From NCBI GenBank assembly GCA_964199315.1, contig OZ116702.1, positions 1,240,001 to 1,304,000 on the forward strand: a stretch of 64,000 nt of DNA, given 5' to 3'. Below, piece by piece: positions 26,809 through 39,151 of this stretch (its first letter is position 1; the number at the start of each line of letters is the position of its first letter). The stretch is from Orbicella franksi. Lineage: Eukaryota. Made by a program: the position numbers and the translations under genes. The notes under the pieces were generated by a model. The model had not been told where the DNA came from. It ran no database searches and saw nothing but the letters and a program-made list of their open reading frames with translations.

Positions 26809-29800
26809 ATGTCCGATAGGTCGTGGTTTCGGATTAATCGTGATTTACTAGTGTACAAAGCTTTCTATTTCTTTTTTCTCAGCGGATTCGGTTCCATATT
26901 TCCTTATCTTCCGGTTTATTTTCGTCAAATTGGTCTACCCGCCAGTCAGGTTGGGTTATTACTTGGTTTGCGGCCCATTGTTCAGCTGGCGAGCGCTCCG
27001 TTCTGGGCCATCATGGCGGATAAATACAGGAAGCGGAAATCGGTGCTTGTAATGTCAGTGATGTCTTGGCTTATCATGACCATGGCTTTAGCGTTCGTCG
27101 AGCCTACCAACGAAATCTGCGAGATTCGCCGAGGCAATAATACTCATAGTCTCGTTTATAATTATACCAAAGTAAAGACTGGATTCTTTAGACGAACTCT
27201 GCTGTGGCACAAAGCTGACGTTGGAGAGGAAACTGAAGACGTTCAGCACCCTGGCATAGACATTGTACCCATTTATATTGATGGTGAAAGAAAACGACAC
27301 TTCAAGTCTGTTTCAAGTTCAAACATCAAACCGCATTCAGCAGTTACGCTTACACAACTAAACCACACAAAGTTTGAAATCACTAACCAGCCAAGAGCAT
27401 TTTATCCAAGCAACGTCACTGACTTCTCTCAAAAACCAGACAAAAAGCACCGGACAATTCCTGATCAAGAGGGCAATAGGTTATCTTTAAACACATTGAG
27501 TTCCGAACGAAATTTAAGTGCGCTACTAAACTTTATAAACAATACGCAACAGTATGGCGAGTACAGCAAGCAAGGTCCAACGTTAAAAGCAAGAACTAAC
27601 AACACATTACAAACAACCACCAGCCGAATGGTGGTACCAACTACTCAACAAATTAACCGCTCAAATCACCTTTCACGTTTTCACAAATTCAACAATTCTC
27701 CCGGTCAAAACAAGAGATGGAAACACTTCTCAAACTCTGGAAATTTAGGGAAACCCAAAAATGAAGGAACAAAACTGCGTGAAACAGACACAGCAAACTT
27801 GACGTCCAATTTCGTGTCACCCGCAAAACACTCTGAAGAGAAAAATGATGACTCGTCCATTGACAAGAGAAGGCAAAATAAGCGAGTGCCACCTGTAGTT
27901 ATTGAGTTTTCAAGGATCGTAATTCCAGACAGTAAAGACTCCTCTGCAAATGATAATAGTGATGACATCCACAATTATTTCAAAGGCTTGAAAAAGGAAA
28001 ATACGACTAAATATGTACATGCGCACAAAACTGCTTTCCACTTGTCTCAGCCGGCCTCGGAGCAAGAACATGATAGCATCTCTGAACCATTGGTGAGTAA
28101 GGCAGGATTGTTACCACACGTAAACAATTCAAAGTACAAAGATTATCAAACAGGATTTAAACCTATTAGCAAAGGCCTGTTGCAGTTGGAGGAAAAACTA
28201 TCAAAACTCGTAGAATTTGACTCCAAGAGCACCTTGACTGTTAATACCCCTCTTGACGCGAGCAAGGGAGACATGCACAAGTTGCATATAAACAATACTG
28301 CTGTTGACAAGTCAGGCTTTTCCAATCAATCTCTGACTCGAACCTTTCAAATTCATATTCGCAATAAAAACATTTCCAAGGAAATTGATAAGCTTCATCA
28401 AGGAGAAAGTCAAAAGTTGGAAGCAGAATTTTTACTTCACCGCATGAAACCAGCCTTCGACATCTCAGCAGACCCCACCAACAACACAAATGGCTTGAAC
28501 GTAAAACCTTTAAATGATAGTAATTCAACCAGCGAGCATCTTCCACTGAATAACTCTCTAAGAAGCTCTGGAACTACGTTACTTAAACCTCTTTGGCAGC
28601 AGAATGTTAAAAGTGGTAATGTGACATCTGATGGTGCGCAAAAAGGAAAACCCAAATACAATGAGCTAGAAGACAACGAAAGTACGTTTCAAACAATCCA
28701 AAATTTTACGCGAAGTAACGTTTCAGGCAGTTACCAAGAAAGCTATACAAAAAAAGGCCAAAGTTATCTTTTACAGAACCTTAACGGAGGGAATACACAA
28801 CTACTGGGAAATTACGAGTCAGATCAGAAAATATGGATGACAAATTTGTTAAAAACAAACTCTTTTGAACTTAAGAGAATTTTCACAATTCTGCTCGTTC
28901 TAGTAGTTGTGGGAGAGTTTCTAGAGGCTCCATCGACGACTTTAGCAGACGCCTCCCTTCTTGAGCACCTCGGGGAAGAGCGACGATTCTACGGAAAACA
29001 ACGACTTTGGGGTTCGCTTGGATTCGGATTATCTTCGTTTCTTGTAGGAGTCTTATTGGAGAGGTCACGCCACGTTGTTTGTGGTGATCAATACACAGAT
29101 TACATGATATGTTTCTGTGTGTTTGCCCTTCTCATGGTTATGACTTTGTTTATATCTACCACATTTAAATTTCAGTATAAAGAAACTGATGCAAAAAGTG
29201 CAAGCGTGCTCTCCGCGCTTTGTAACGTACATTATGGATCTTGCCTTGCAGCGGCCTGCTTCATGGGAGTTGGTCACGGAATGTCTCATAGTTTTCTCAA
29301 CTGGTTTCTCGAGGATCTTGGTGCCACTAAAACATTAATGGGTGTGGCTGTGATTTGCCGCAGCACTCTGGATTTACTGACATTTTTCGCGGCGGGAAGT
29401 CTCATAAAAGCCATCGGACAGATTAAAATCATGATATGGGCGCTCATATCTTATGGAATAGCTTTTACACTGTACTCTTTGCTAACAAACCCTTGGTGGG
29501 TCTTGCCGATAGAAATGTTAGTTGGCTGCACGTACGCTGCTTCATGGTCAGCTTGTACTTCATATATGGCAGGTGCATCGTCCTCAGAATCAGTCACAAC
29601 TATTCAAGGTAACAAAAGAACCACTCACATACCAAGGTTGAAACATTTAGTCACGATCGTTGCAAACTGTCGTTATCGTATCTAACGCATTTAGCTTTCG
29701 TGCACCATTTGATATATCAACCCAATTTCAGTAGCTGACGAAGATTCCCAAAACATGGATTCTTTACAGTGTCGTGACAATGCAAGGAGAAATTAAGTGC

Positions 29801-30221
29801 TCATCACTCTTGACGATTGCTAAAAGCTGTATCAGTGACGTAGTTTTAGATAGAGTGTAAATTGGTGCTTGGCTATTCAGTGATGACATAATGTTTGTGT
29901 CAACTTTTTTTTCCTATAGGAATTCTTCAGGGTGTGTACTGGGGACTGGGGACTGGGTCAGGTACTATTACAGGTGGTTTTCTGATTCATCATATCGGAG
30001 CTGTGGCCACGTTCCGCTGCGTGGCGTGTTGCGCGTTTGTGGTCTGTCTGTTGTTTTGTCTCGCACAGTGTAAGTGGACACGCGAGTCGACAGAATATGC
30101 TGAGATGAAGTACACCTATCTCCCAACTGTAGAGTCTAAAGATACCGAGGAACTTCTACGAGGATACCGCGGAGTATCTAAGACTTCAAAGAACAAGCAT
30201 AGCACTACAAGGAGATACTGA
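26809..30221 (+). CDS. MFSD6-like MFS transporter, paralog 1 (exons 26809-29608 and 29920-30221; about 1033 aa)
   Basis: N-terminal YKAFYFFF..G..FPYLPVYFRQIG, RPIVQLASAPFWAIMADKYRK, GEFLEAP..LADASLL, YGKQRLWGSLG, NWFLEDLGA and the spliced junction TIQG|ILQGVYWGLG are typical of MFSD6. Donor CAAG|gtaaca at 29608, acceptor cctatag|GA at 29920; total 3102 nt, in frame. Confidence 0.9.
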
Positions 30222-31196
30222 GTCATATCAAATTATATAAATAGCTACTACGTTAATACGTTGGAAATATTACCTGGCAAAGCTTATACCCATAAATACT
30301 AGATCATTGCCTGATTAGTAGAGAGAATTTACCAAACCTTACGTCTAAATATTTTGTACATTGTCAGGCAATGTTGCAAAAATTTTAAATGCATGCAGTA
30401 CATATCTTGCTGTGATGAAATAAACGGTTTCTTAATTTGATAGAACGAAGCTAAGCAAAACCTCGTTAAAATTATTCTAAAAAGTATTTGAAGTTGAACA
30501 ACAGTCAAGTGTATCCTAAAGTAGAAGAAATACAAGGAGAACAGTTTTACATATCTTTATTTCCCAGGGCCCCTATGGATGCTGAATGGGCTACCTTGGT
30601 AAAATAAGGTTACTTACTTACTTATTAACAAGAAAGGTAAAAAGAAGATGACGAGAGTGGAGGAACAAGAGGAGAATAAACATACGATTTCTTGACACCA
30701 TAGCCGTGATGGGGCTAAAAACTGTACTGGTCCATAACATTCCTCCATCATGTTCAGTCTAAGCAGACTGACTTGAAATAAATGTCGAGCAGTTGCTTAA
30801 ACGTTTGTCATCGCAATTATTGAAATATATTGTAGTTGAATGTCAGTCTTAACCCATTTCTTTATTATTTTTGGATATTCACTTTTTACTAAAAGTGTTA
30901 GATCATAAATGGCGTAACTATTTAGTTTATTCGCCTCTCAATAGTTAAGACTTCACTTCATTTACATTAGTTGCTACCGAGGCGGCGCACTCTCCTCAGA
31001 CTTACTGAGACATTAAAAACAAGAGGCTCAAAAATGTTGCACACCTCTTTATTTTTTTTTTTACCTTCGGTTGAAATAACGTGTAAAACACGTTACACGA
31101 CACGAGTAACAACAATCTGAGGATCATCATAGAACATGATGTGCTAAAACTGCGACATGGACATTTTACGATATTTCAATTATTATTTTAGTTCTT

Positions 31197-31330
31197 ATTA
31201 ACCGAGTTTGGTCGGTTTATACGGAAAAATCTTGACCGAGGTCAGACAGATCGAACACAGCGAGGTCTGTACTCACTGCGACCGATCACGAGGTCAAGAT
31301 ACAGACTGACCAAGCTCGGTTAGTAAAATG
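31197..31330. repeat. Degenerate long palindrome (element extends to about 31800)
   Basis: TTAACCGAG.TTGGTCGGT...TCTTGACC versus GGTCAAGA...ACTGACCAAGCTCGGTTA; CCAATCAG at 31707. Confidence 0.6.
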
Positions 31331-31972
31331 TTTAATTATATCGCCAAACAAGAAAACTTCAATTTGCTGAAAGTTGCTAAATCAACGGCTATGTTTTCAA
31401 TTTCCCTAGCTTCTTATATTGACTAACAAATTTGTTACACTGAGGCGTTTTCTATTTTACTTGTCGGCTAGTTACAAAACTTCTCAATTTCTATTCTTCT
31501 GGTGTTTGATTGCCTCGGTTTACATTCACCAAGGTTTGCTCTTGATATCTTCATTTTTTTTTTCTCTTCGTCTTTGGGCTCTTCCATTGTGTATTGTCAG
31601 CAGAAACAAGCCCAATTATTTTTGAAATTTTTATTTGCATCTTTCTCACGGCGAAAGTAAAAGGCAGAGCGACCTATGTGCCGGTCTAGATGGGAGAATC
31701 AAGACCCCAATCAGTATCGATTTTAGCCAACCATATTTTTGAATTTGGTAGTTCCCAGTCCTTGCGAGTTACGGCCATATCATAATACTTCTTATCAATA
31801 ATAGCTGGGTGATTAAGACAAGCAAATTGTTTTCTTTCATTCACCATTTCAGATAAAATTTAAACAAGCTTCTCCACCCCCACCCTCTCCTCATCCACCC
31901 ACCAACTCTCTCCCGTTGGATATAAGCCTGTATGGATATCACGTAGCTTTCTAAACTGTTTGCCTGTTTTCT

Positions 31973-34349
31973 CTAATACTTTCCCCAGTCTTCTTTTTGT
32001 GAAGTACTCGCCCCAGCATCCAAGCAAAAAGAAACGGCTGTATCCTGGTCATTGAAATGGTCCTCTTCTGAAGTGTTATTTACGTTTCCACTTTTGGTTT
32101 GTTCAGTTTTTTTCGTATCTATGCAGATATTAAACGTATTCAGCAGCACAGAGTAGTAATTACGGTCTCGGAAATTGACAGATGTCAGTCCTGTAGTGAA
32201 TATCACGATAAAAGTCACAGCTAACACGGTGAATAGACGAAACGCAATGGTCGGCCCTGCTACACGGATAAGGCTCCCCCCAATCACAAGGCCGAGAATG
32301 CCACCCAGGCCCCAGTAGATGCTCTGAAAAACGCCTGTGAAAAACAGAGAGAAGTACAGCGTTAGTTTTTAAAATCGATGTTAAATGCAAAAGAATTTCA
32401 AAATAGGCAGGTTGTCTTCATCCAGGATAGCAACAGTTGTTGGTGCCCGTTTAACACGGATTAATCCTGAGCCGTTTAACGAGTAAGCACCTGGTACAGA
32501 AACCATAATAACTTACTAAATATAAGTTATTCTCTAGTCTGTCGATAAAGCGTCAGCTGTCACAGGACTTATAGCTTTTTTATTCATAGAAAATAATTTC
32601 GCTATTCTCGTTATTTTGTAATTGGAATACAAAAGCGAATTTTTGCGCGAGCTAAAGTGTTTGTTTTCACTACTGACTCAGGTACTAGAAACTGGTGACA
32701 ACATTTGTCTCATTGGTACCGGTGTTTGGAGAAGTTATCCAAAGAATAATTAAAAGCACTGTTTCTTTACCTTGCATGGTTGAGAGGCAATCCAGAGGCG
32801 AAGAATGTGCTAAATAAGTGACACATACCACGAATGAATTTCCAAATGTGAATCCTTCGACGAAACCAAGTGGAATAATCTGCCAACAGCTTGTGACAAA
32901 CGAGCAGGCAAAGTGATTAAACATGTACAACACGAGAGAGGAGAATATCATATTTATATTGCCAATATGGTTTATTAGTTTGTGGCTCACAAATAAAGCC
33001 AGAGGCTCGCCAAGAAAGCGAAAGAGATTTATTGTAGCCAACGTCGCGTGTGCCACTTTAGCCTCAGCGAGATATGAAGAATGAAAGTTTAAAATAACTG
33101 TGTGTGAGAAGCCCATGAAAGCCGCACTCGCGAAAAATGTTCCATGATGCTTCGTGTAATATATAGTTTTAAGCCTTTCGTATGGAGAATTTTCAGATGT
33201 TCTTTGCGGTACCTCAAACCTGATTAAAACAAGTAATGTCACAATTGTAAGCACACAGAAAAAGCAAAAGTTGATTATATAGTCCGCGTAAATGTGTCCA
33301 CAAACAGGCCGCTGAGAATTGTTAACTAGTGTTCCAGTGATTAAGAAGAACATTAGGAAACCTACTGAGCCAAACATCTTCTGATATCCGTACGCACACG
33401 TTCCTTCCTCAGTTTGCTTGGCGAGTAAGACAGCGTCAGCTACAAAGAAAACTGGACAGAAGAATATCTCCTCAAAAACAACAAGAGCTAAAGCTCCAAG
33501 AAAGATATGGTAGAGACGGGAAGTGTTTTCTCTCAGCTCGTTTCTTATGGTAAAATTTAACTCGATGATACTTGGCAAGTTCTTGGATTTTGATCCAAGA
33601 TGTGAAGCCGTGAAGTGTGACGAAGCTGACATGAGGAAGCTGTGATTCTTGTTTACATTAGTGTCGTTCAGTTCTTTGTTATGATCCAAAGATTCTCCAT
33701 TTCCACTTCCCGATAAAATATCGTTTTCAGTTACCTGTAGTAGTCCTGAGCCAGAACCAGTCGTTATTTCGACACGCTCAACTAAGTCGTTACTGCTTAA
33801 GTTGTCGACGGGATTCTTAGGAATCAGCTTTGATTGTAATGTAAAGTACTCAGTTGCTCTTCTTCGACGGAAAAATCCTGTCTGCATCACTGTAGAGTTG
33901 ATGACTGTCGAGTCAGTTTGGTTAAGAGAAACCAACTGACACATCTGTCCAGTGGGTTCAACAAACGCCAGTGAAATTGTTCCAATAAGCCACACAAAAC
34001 TACAAAACTGAAGGATTATTTTTTTAGGTAAACAATGATCCGCCAGTAAGCCCCATAATGGACTTAGAAGAAGTTGTACAAACGGCCGAACCCAACAGAG
34101 AATTTGTACTTGATAGGAGGAGAAACCAATCTGTCGAAAGTATGAAGGCAGAAAAGGGAACGTTGTTGCCATTGAGCTGTACACGAAGAAAAAGAACATT
34201 TTAAAAACAAGAAGAGGTTTGTCAACCCTCGCAAGGTGGACATCTCGTTGAGCGATAAATCTCTTAATCGTGGAGTGGCTGTAATTGGCACACATTTGTT
34301 CAGCAAATTCAACATGTCCCTTTTCGCTCTTTTTACGCTTTAGTTCCAT
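31973..34349 (-). CDS. MFSD6-like MFS transporter, paralog 2 (exons 32771-34349 and 31973-32334; about 646 aa)
   Basis: FKMFFFFVYSSMATTFPFLPSYFRQIG, RPFVQLLLSPLWGLLAD, YGYQKMFGSVG; junction TMQG|VFQSIYWGLGG with donor CAAG|gtaaag and acceptor ttcacag|GC; 1941 nt, in frame. Confidence 0.88.
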
Positions 34350-35972
34350 TTACCCAGATACGTCTTAGCCTTAAATAAAGAAGTTACGCTACTCTACCAG
34401 AAATATCCTATGAGATCAGTAGGAAGATCTCTCGCTTGGACAAAGTGACATCCGGGACTTGATACTACGGGTGGAGGGAAAACCTGCCGGTGGCCTACAG
34501 GCTCTGTTGTCAATCACATGACGAAAAGGAAGAAACAAACATGTGGAATACATGTAAGGTCGCAGATGTTTGAAAACAAAGCTCAGATATGGAATCTAAG
34601 AATGTTGCTATCATTACAGTGATTTGACCAGCCTGAAAGAGAACATCTCCAACTTAAAAACTGTCCTGTCCAAGTTGCTGATGAACAAATGCGTAAAAAA
34701 AATGTAGATTTGAGAGGATGCACTAGCAAACCAGTTATAAGTGAACAACTGAACAGAAAACTGAAAAAGAAGGAGCGCCGGAGCCGACGTGATTTCAACC
34801 CATGAGCATCTTTGGTACCAGCACGATGCTCTTGATGCAATTAGTGGACTATTTCTTCATTTGACTCACCTGTACTTTTCAAATAAATTCATAACTTTCA
34901 TTCCCTTAAACTAAAAAAGATCTGGTCAGTTGTAACCGATCGCGATGAAGCCCCATATTGATCCTTCTTGACTTGAAGACAATGTTGAAGTTCCTAGCTT
35001 ACGTACTAGCTCCCTACTGATTTTCTGTTCGTCAAAATTTACGTTGAAGTTGGAAAAGGTAAAGGTTTACGATTTGAAGACTCATTGGTATTGCAAATTC
35101 TTACTGGTTTAGTTGAGCGCCATATGTACTACAAAACGAAAGAGTTACACAAGACGTGCCTTTTGGGTCGAGTTTTAAATAAACGCTCTCGAAGTTTATT
35201 TGAAGTCTGGCGTTGCTTTGAATGGGATATTCAATAGCCGATTCGTCTCACTCAATAGGCGTATTTTTCAAGAGAGGCTGCAAACAGACTCATCTCTGCA
35301 ACCACTAAGAAGAGTTTCCTGTTGAACGTTAAGGTTGCCTAAAATGGCGAATTGTTTAATACGAGAACGAGTTTTAAATAAACCGGCCTTGGCGTTTAAT
35401 GACCTTTAATCGAGAGACGCTCGATCAAAAATAGCTGAATCAATGATCTGCATTAATCCTTGAATTTAAGATCTTCGTGTTTTGTTCAGTTAACCGTAGA
35501 ATATCCAATTTGGGCCCAAACTTAAGGACCATTAAACGCTCTGACGGGACCTAATCTAAAACACTTCAGTTCTCTTCAACAGTGATTTGACCGAATCGCC
35601 GCCAAGATCGCACCAAACCAAATGTTTTACCTTCAGTTTTACCGGGATGGAGTTAGCAAGCAGGTTACGAACGTTTTCCATTCACTGATTTAATAATTTC
35701 AGTTGATTCTTGTTATTTGGCACATAAACACCATTTTTACGATACAATTAAGATTGGACTGGTGGAAAAATGGTGCTTTCAACAGGTACGCTTTTGGAAG
35801 GTTCTTGACATCACAGGTCTTAGTTTATATTCTACCTCTGGGAAATCTCGTCCGCTGGAAAGTGTGAAACGACGCTGCCAGTACAGGAAGAAATTTGATT
35901 CTTTTATCTGTCGCCTCTCTGAAGAAGATAAAAATTACTCAAGTGGAAGACAATTGCCCCATCAAAGGAAGG

Positions 35973-37991
35973 ATGGAAGGAAACGAAAGCAGAGCAGAAA
36001 GCCCAAAGACTCTCACAGATTCACTATGTGACGAATTACATGTGGATAAGAGACTGTTACTCTACAAAGCATTTTATTTCCTTTTTTTCGCCGGATTTGG
36101 AGCCTCCTTTCCATATATGTCGTTGTATTTCAAGCAAATAGGTCTGAATGCAAGCTCAGTTGGGATCCTAGCGGGAATAAGACCCATTATTCAGTTTATC
36201 AGTGGGCCCTTTTGGTCCATTTTAGCCGATAGATTCAAGGCGAGAAAGGCAGTTTTGCTGTTTTCGATTTTATCATGGCTAGTCATGACTGTGGCTCTTT
36301 TAATTCCTACACCTCACAAGACACAATGCAGAAATTTGATGGCTAATGTGAACAGTACTCAGAAATATTTGTCAGTACTTAGACGGCAACATTCGACACA
36401 GCCTGTTATTGATAAGAGGAGAGAACACAACATATCAGTCCCTGTTCTCGATGAAAGCATGAAAGTCTATGGCAGTGCTAAGGTCAAACAAAACACGTTT
36501 TCATTCCTTAGGAATTCCCCTTTTGAAGTGTATTTCTTAAAAAGTTCTCATAAAGAACCTGAATACGCAGTCAGAACCAGCTCTAACCTGACTTATGAAT
36601 TGGTTTATGACGACAACGAAGTTTATCAAGTGTTTATTTATCTGCTGATTTTAGTCGTATGTGGAGAGTTTCTTGAAGCACCAACCTTTATTATGGCTGA
36701 TACTGCCCTGTTGCAAAAGTTAGGAGAGAATCGAAGACACTATGGTAAAACCCGATTATTTGGCTCGTTGGGTTTCGCGTTTGGTTCCTTGATAGTCGGA
36801 GGGTTACTCGATAGCACAGAGTACAGATACTGTGGACAAGTGATGAACAATTATAACGTGCTGTTTTACTCGTTTGCTATTGTTATGGCAATTGCATTTG
36901 CCTTTGGTGCTTGGATGTTTGAATTTACATACGAAGAAGCCGAAGATAGTAAAAATGGCGAAAACGATGGTTCTACAATGGAGATTTTGACGTTACTTCT
37001 GAAATTCCAGTACGCTTTTTTCCTGTTCATATCTTTCTTTCTTGGCTTCTCCAATGGCCTATTTTTTAATTTTCTAAACTGGTACCTTGAGGACCTCGGC
37101 GCCAGCAAATTACTGATGGGCATTGCAACAATTTTCCGTACTGTCGCTCTTATCATTGCTTTCATATTTAACGCATTCTTGTCAGATTTATGCGGACATG
37201 TTCAGCTTATGTTATTTAGTGTTGCTGGATATTTCGTTCTGTTCGGGGGTTTCTCCATTATCCAGAATCCTTGGTGGGCATTGCCACTTGAGTTCTTGGA
37301 CGGGATAACATACGGTACTACTTGGTCGACAGCTGTTACTCATCTTGCAGATGCCACGCCCAAAGGAGGAGCTGCCACAATGCAAGGCTAGTACTGAGTG
37401 ATCTTTGATCCTCCCCATAATAATGGTTCCTGTTTTACGACTTGTTGAGTATCTGTAAGTCATTTTAGTTGGGTGTCTTATCAGTTTAGTATTAAATTAA
37501 AAAACGATTTTTCGGTTCTAATAAGGAATATGCGTTCTACACGGACAATAATAAATTGCTGAAAACGGCTTCCAGCTCTTTCAATCCGTTATACTTTGAT
37601 TGGTCAGAACCACTACGTCACCCCATGTCAAAATTGTATTGTGGAATTGCAATTAGCATGATAGGCGCACAACGTTTTGCAAAGTAGCTAGGTCTCAGGG
37701 CAACCTCAAAATTAAGAAGCTTTGAGATTGCTGGGAACCCTTTCACACGTTTGTTTCAATTTCTGCAAAACATTGTACCTTGACTTGTTGACACAATTCG
37801 ATTAGAGAAAATGGGAGTCGCCTAGCTCGTTTTTGAGTTATAAACACTTGAAGCTAAAATAATTGGCGTTTATAACAGGTTGTATTGTTGCTGCGGCAAC
37901 CTGTTTTACCACAAATTATCCTAAATTTTACCAATGATTGAGTATTTGTATCATGTCAATATGTATCATCACTGTTACCTTAACTATTTAC

Positions 37992-38029
<38 letters not shown>

Positions 38030-38488
38030 ACAGTAACCATTTGAATTTGTGTTAGAAGTAATCAATTAAGTCAACTGATACACAGTGAAAAAGAATGAGC
38101 GATGAGCTGTGGACAGAATTTTCTGAGTACTGAATGTCTTGATCACAACAAGCAGCACTCTCATGAATGAATTTTGTCCTAGCACCTTCTCTTATGTTTC
38201 CACATTCAGTAGATTAGATATACAAATATGCGAGGTCGAGTAACATTGATTATGTTTTTCTTTCAAGGCATCCTTCAGGGAATTTACTTTGGACTTGGAG
38301 GAGGCTTGGGCGCCATTCTCGGTGGAGTACTTATAGATGGATATGGTGTAGTTCCTTCATTCTGTTTGGGGGCTCTCATGTCGATTGCGGTTTTTATTGC
38401 CAGCGGATTTATTCAACTTTGTATTTTCAAACAAAAGGAAAACATGAAAAGGGAAGCAAAGCAACCTGTGGAACATACAATGGAATAA
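35973..38488 (+). CDS. MFSD6-like MFS transporter, paralog 3 (exons 35973-37386 and 38268-38488; about 544 aa; GC-AG intron)
   Basis: YKAFYFLFFAGFGASFPYMSLYFKQIG, GEFLEAPTFIMADTALL, YGKTRLFGSLG, NWYLEDLGA; junction TMQG|ILQGIYFGLGG requires donor CAAG|gctagt at 37386. The first in-frame ATG is at 35973 (the ORF track starts at a TTG at 35895); 1635 nt, in frame. Confidence 0.88.
37990..38026. repeat. (ATT)n microsatellite in the intron of MFS paralog 3
   Basis: About 12 ATT units. Confidence 0.9.
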
Positions 38489-39151
38489 ACGCATCCAAAG
38501 CATTATCACGCAGAAATTCAATTCAATTACGAAAATGATAAGGGAGACCATAGAACGGGTATAACTACTGAGAAGCACGAAATCAGAATTAGAATCAGCG
38601 CAGATATTATACAGGTAATACGTGGTACCACAAAGATCACACTGGATCAGCTAAGACATATATTATACAGGTGACACCACAAAGATCACATTGAATCATT
38701 CGTTGCTGGCTTTGACTTTACCGGTTTTGATTTTAAAAATGCCGCTAGGAACATATCACCAGGGTTCAGTTTATCGTCTGAGGCACCCTCCAAAAATGAG
38801 TGCGGTAAAGAGCAATTTGAATGAATTGATATTCAGTCTGTAATCGAGTTATCAATTTGCCAGAAGAAAACACTACTCGAAGTTAATTCGCTGTTGTTTT
38901 CAGATTTGCCTAGAGATGAAAAAACGATAAAGTAAAATGAAGTTCAGTGCATGGGGAACAATTATAATGAAAGTTGTTTGAAGGTTTTTTGTGTGATAAT
39001 GCCTTGGTTCCTCGACCAGGGTGACAATTTGGCCATTTTATGCTTAATATGTATCAATTATAATCATAGTTAGTCGACAAGACGAGCTTTCCGATTTAGT
39101 TAATCCTGGGCGACAAGTTTGGCCGAGTGGGTAGTACTTCTGGATGTATAA

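Noticed and set aside
34775-34850. TGATGCAAT motif and tRNA-like sequence between MFS paralogs 2 and 3
   Set aside because: Looks like a degraded tRNA-derived SINE head and cannot fold as a complete tRNA; the AARE match here is probably incidental.
35895-35972. N-terminal extension of MFS paralog 3 shown in the ORF track
   Set aside because: It starts at TTG; the first ATG is at 35973.
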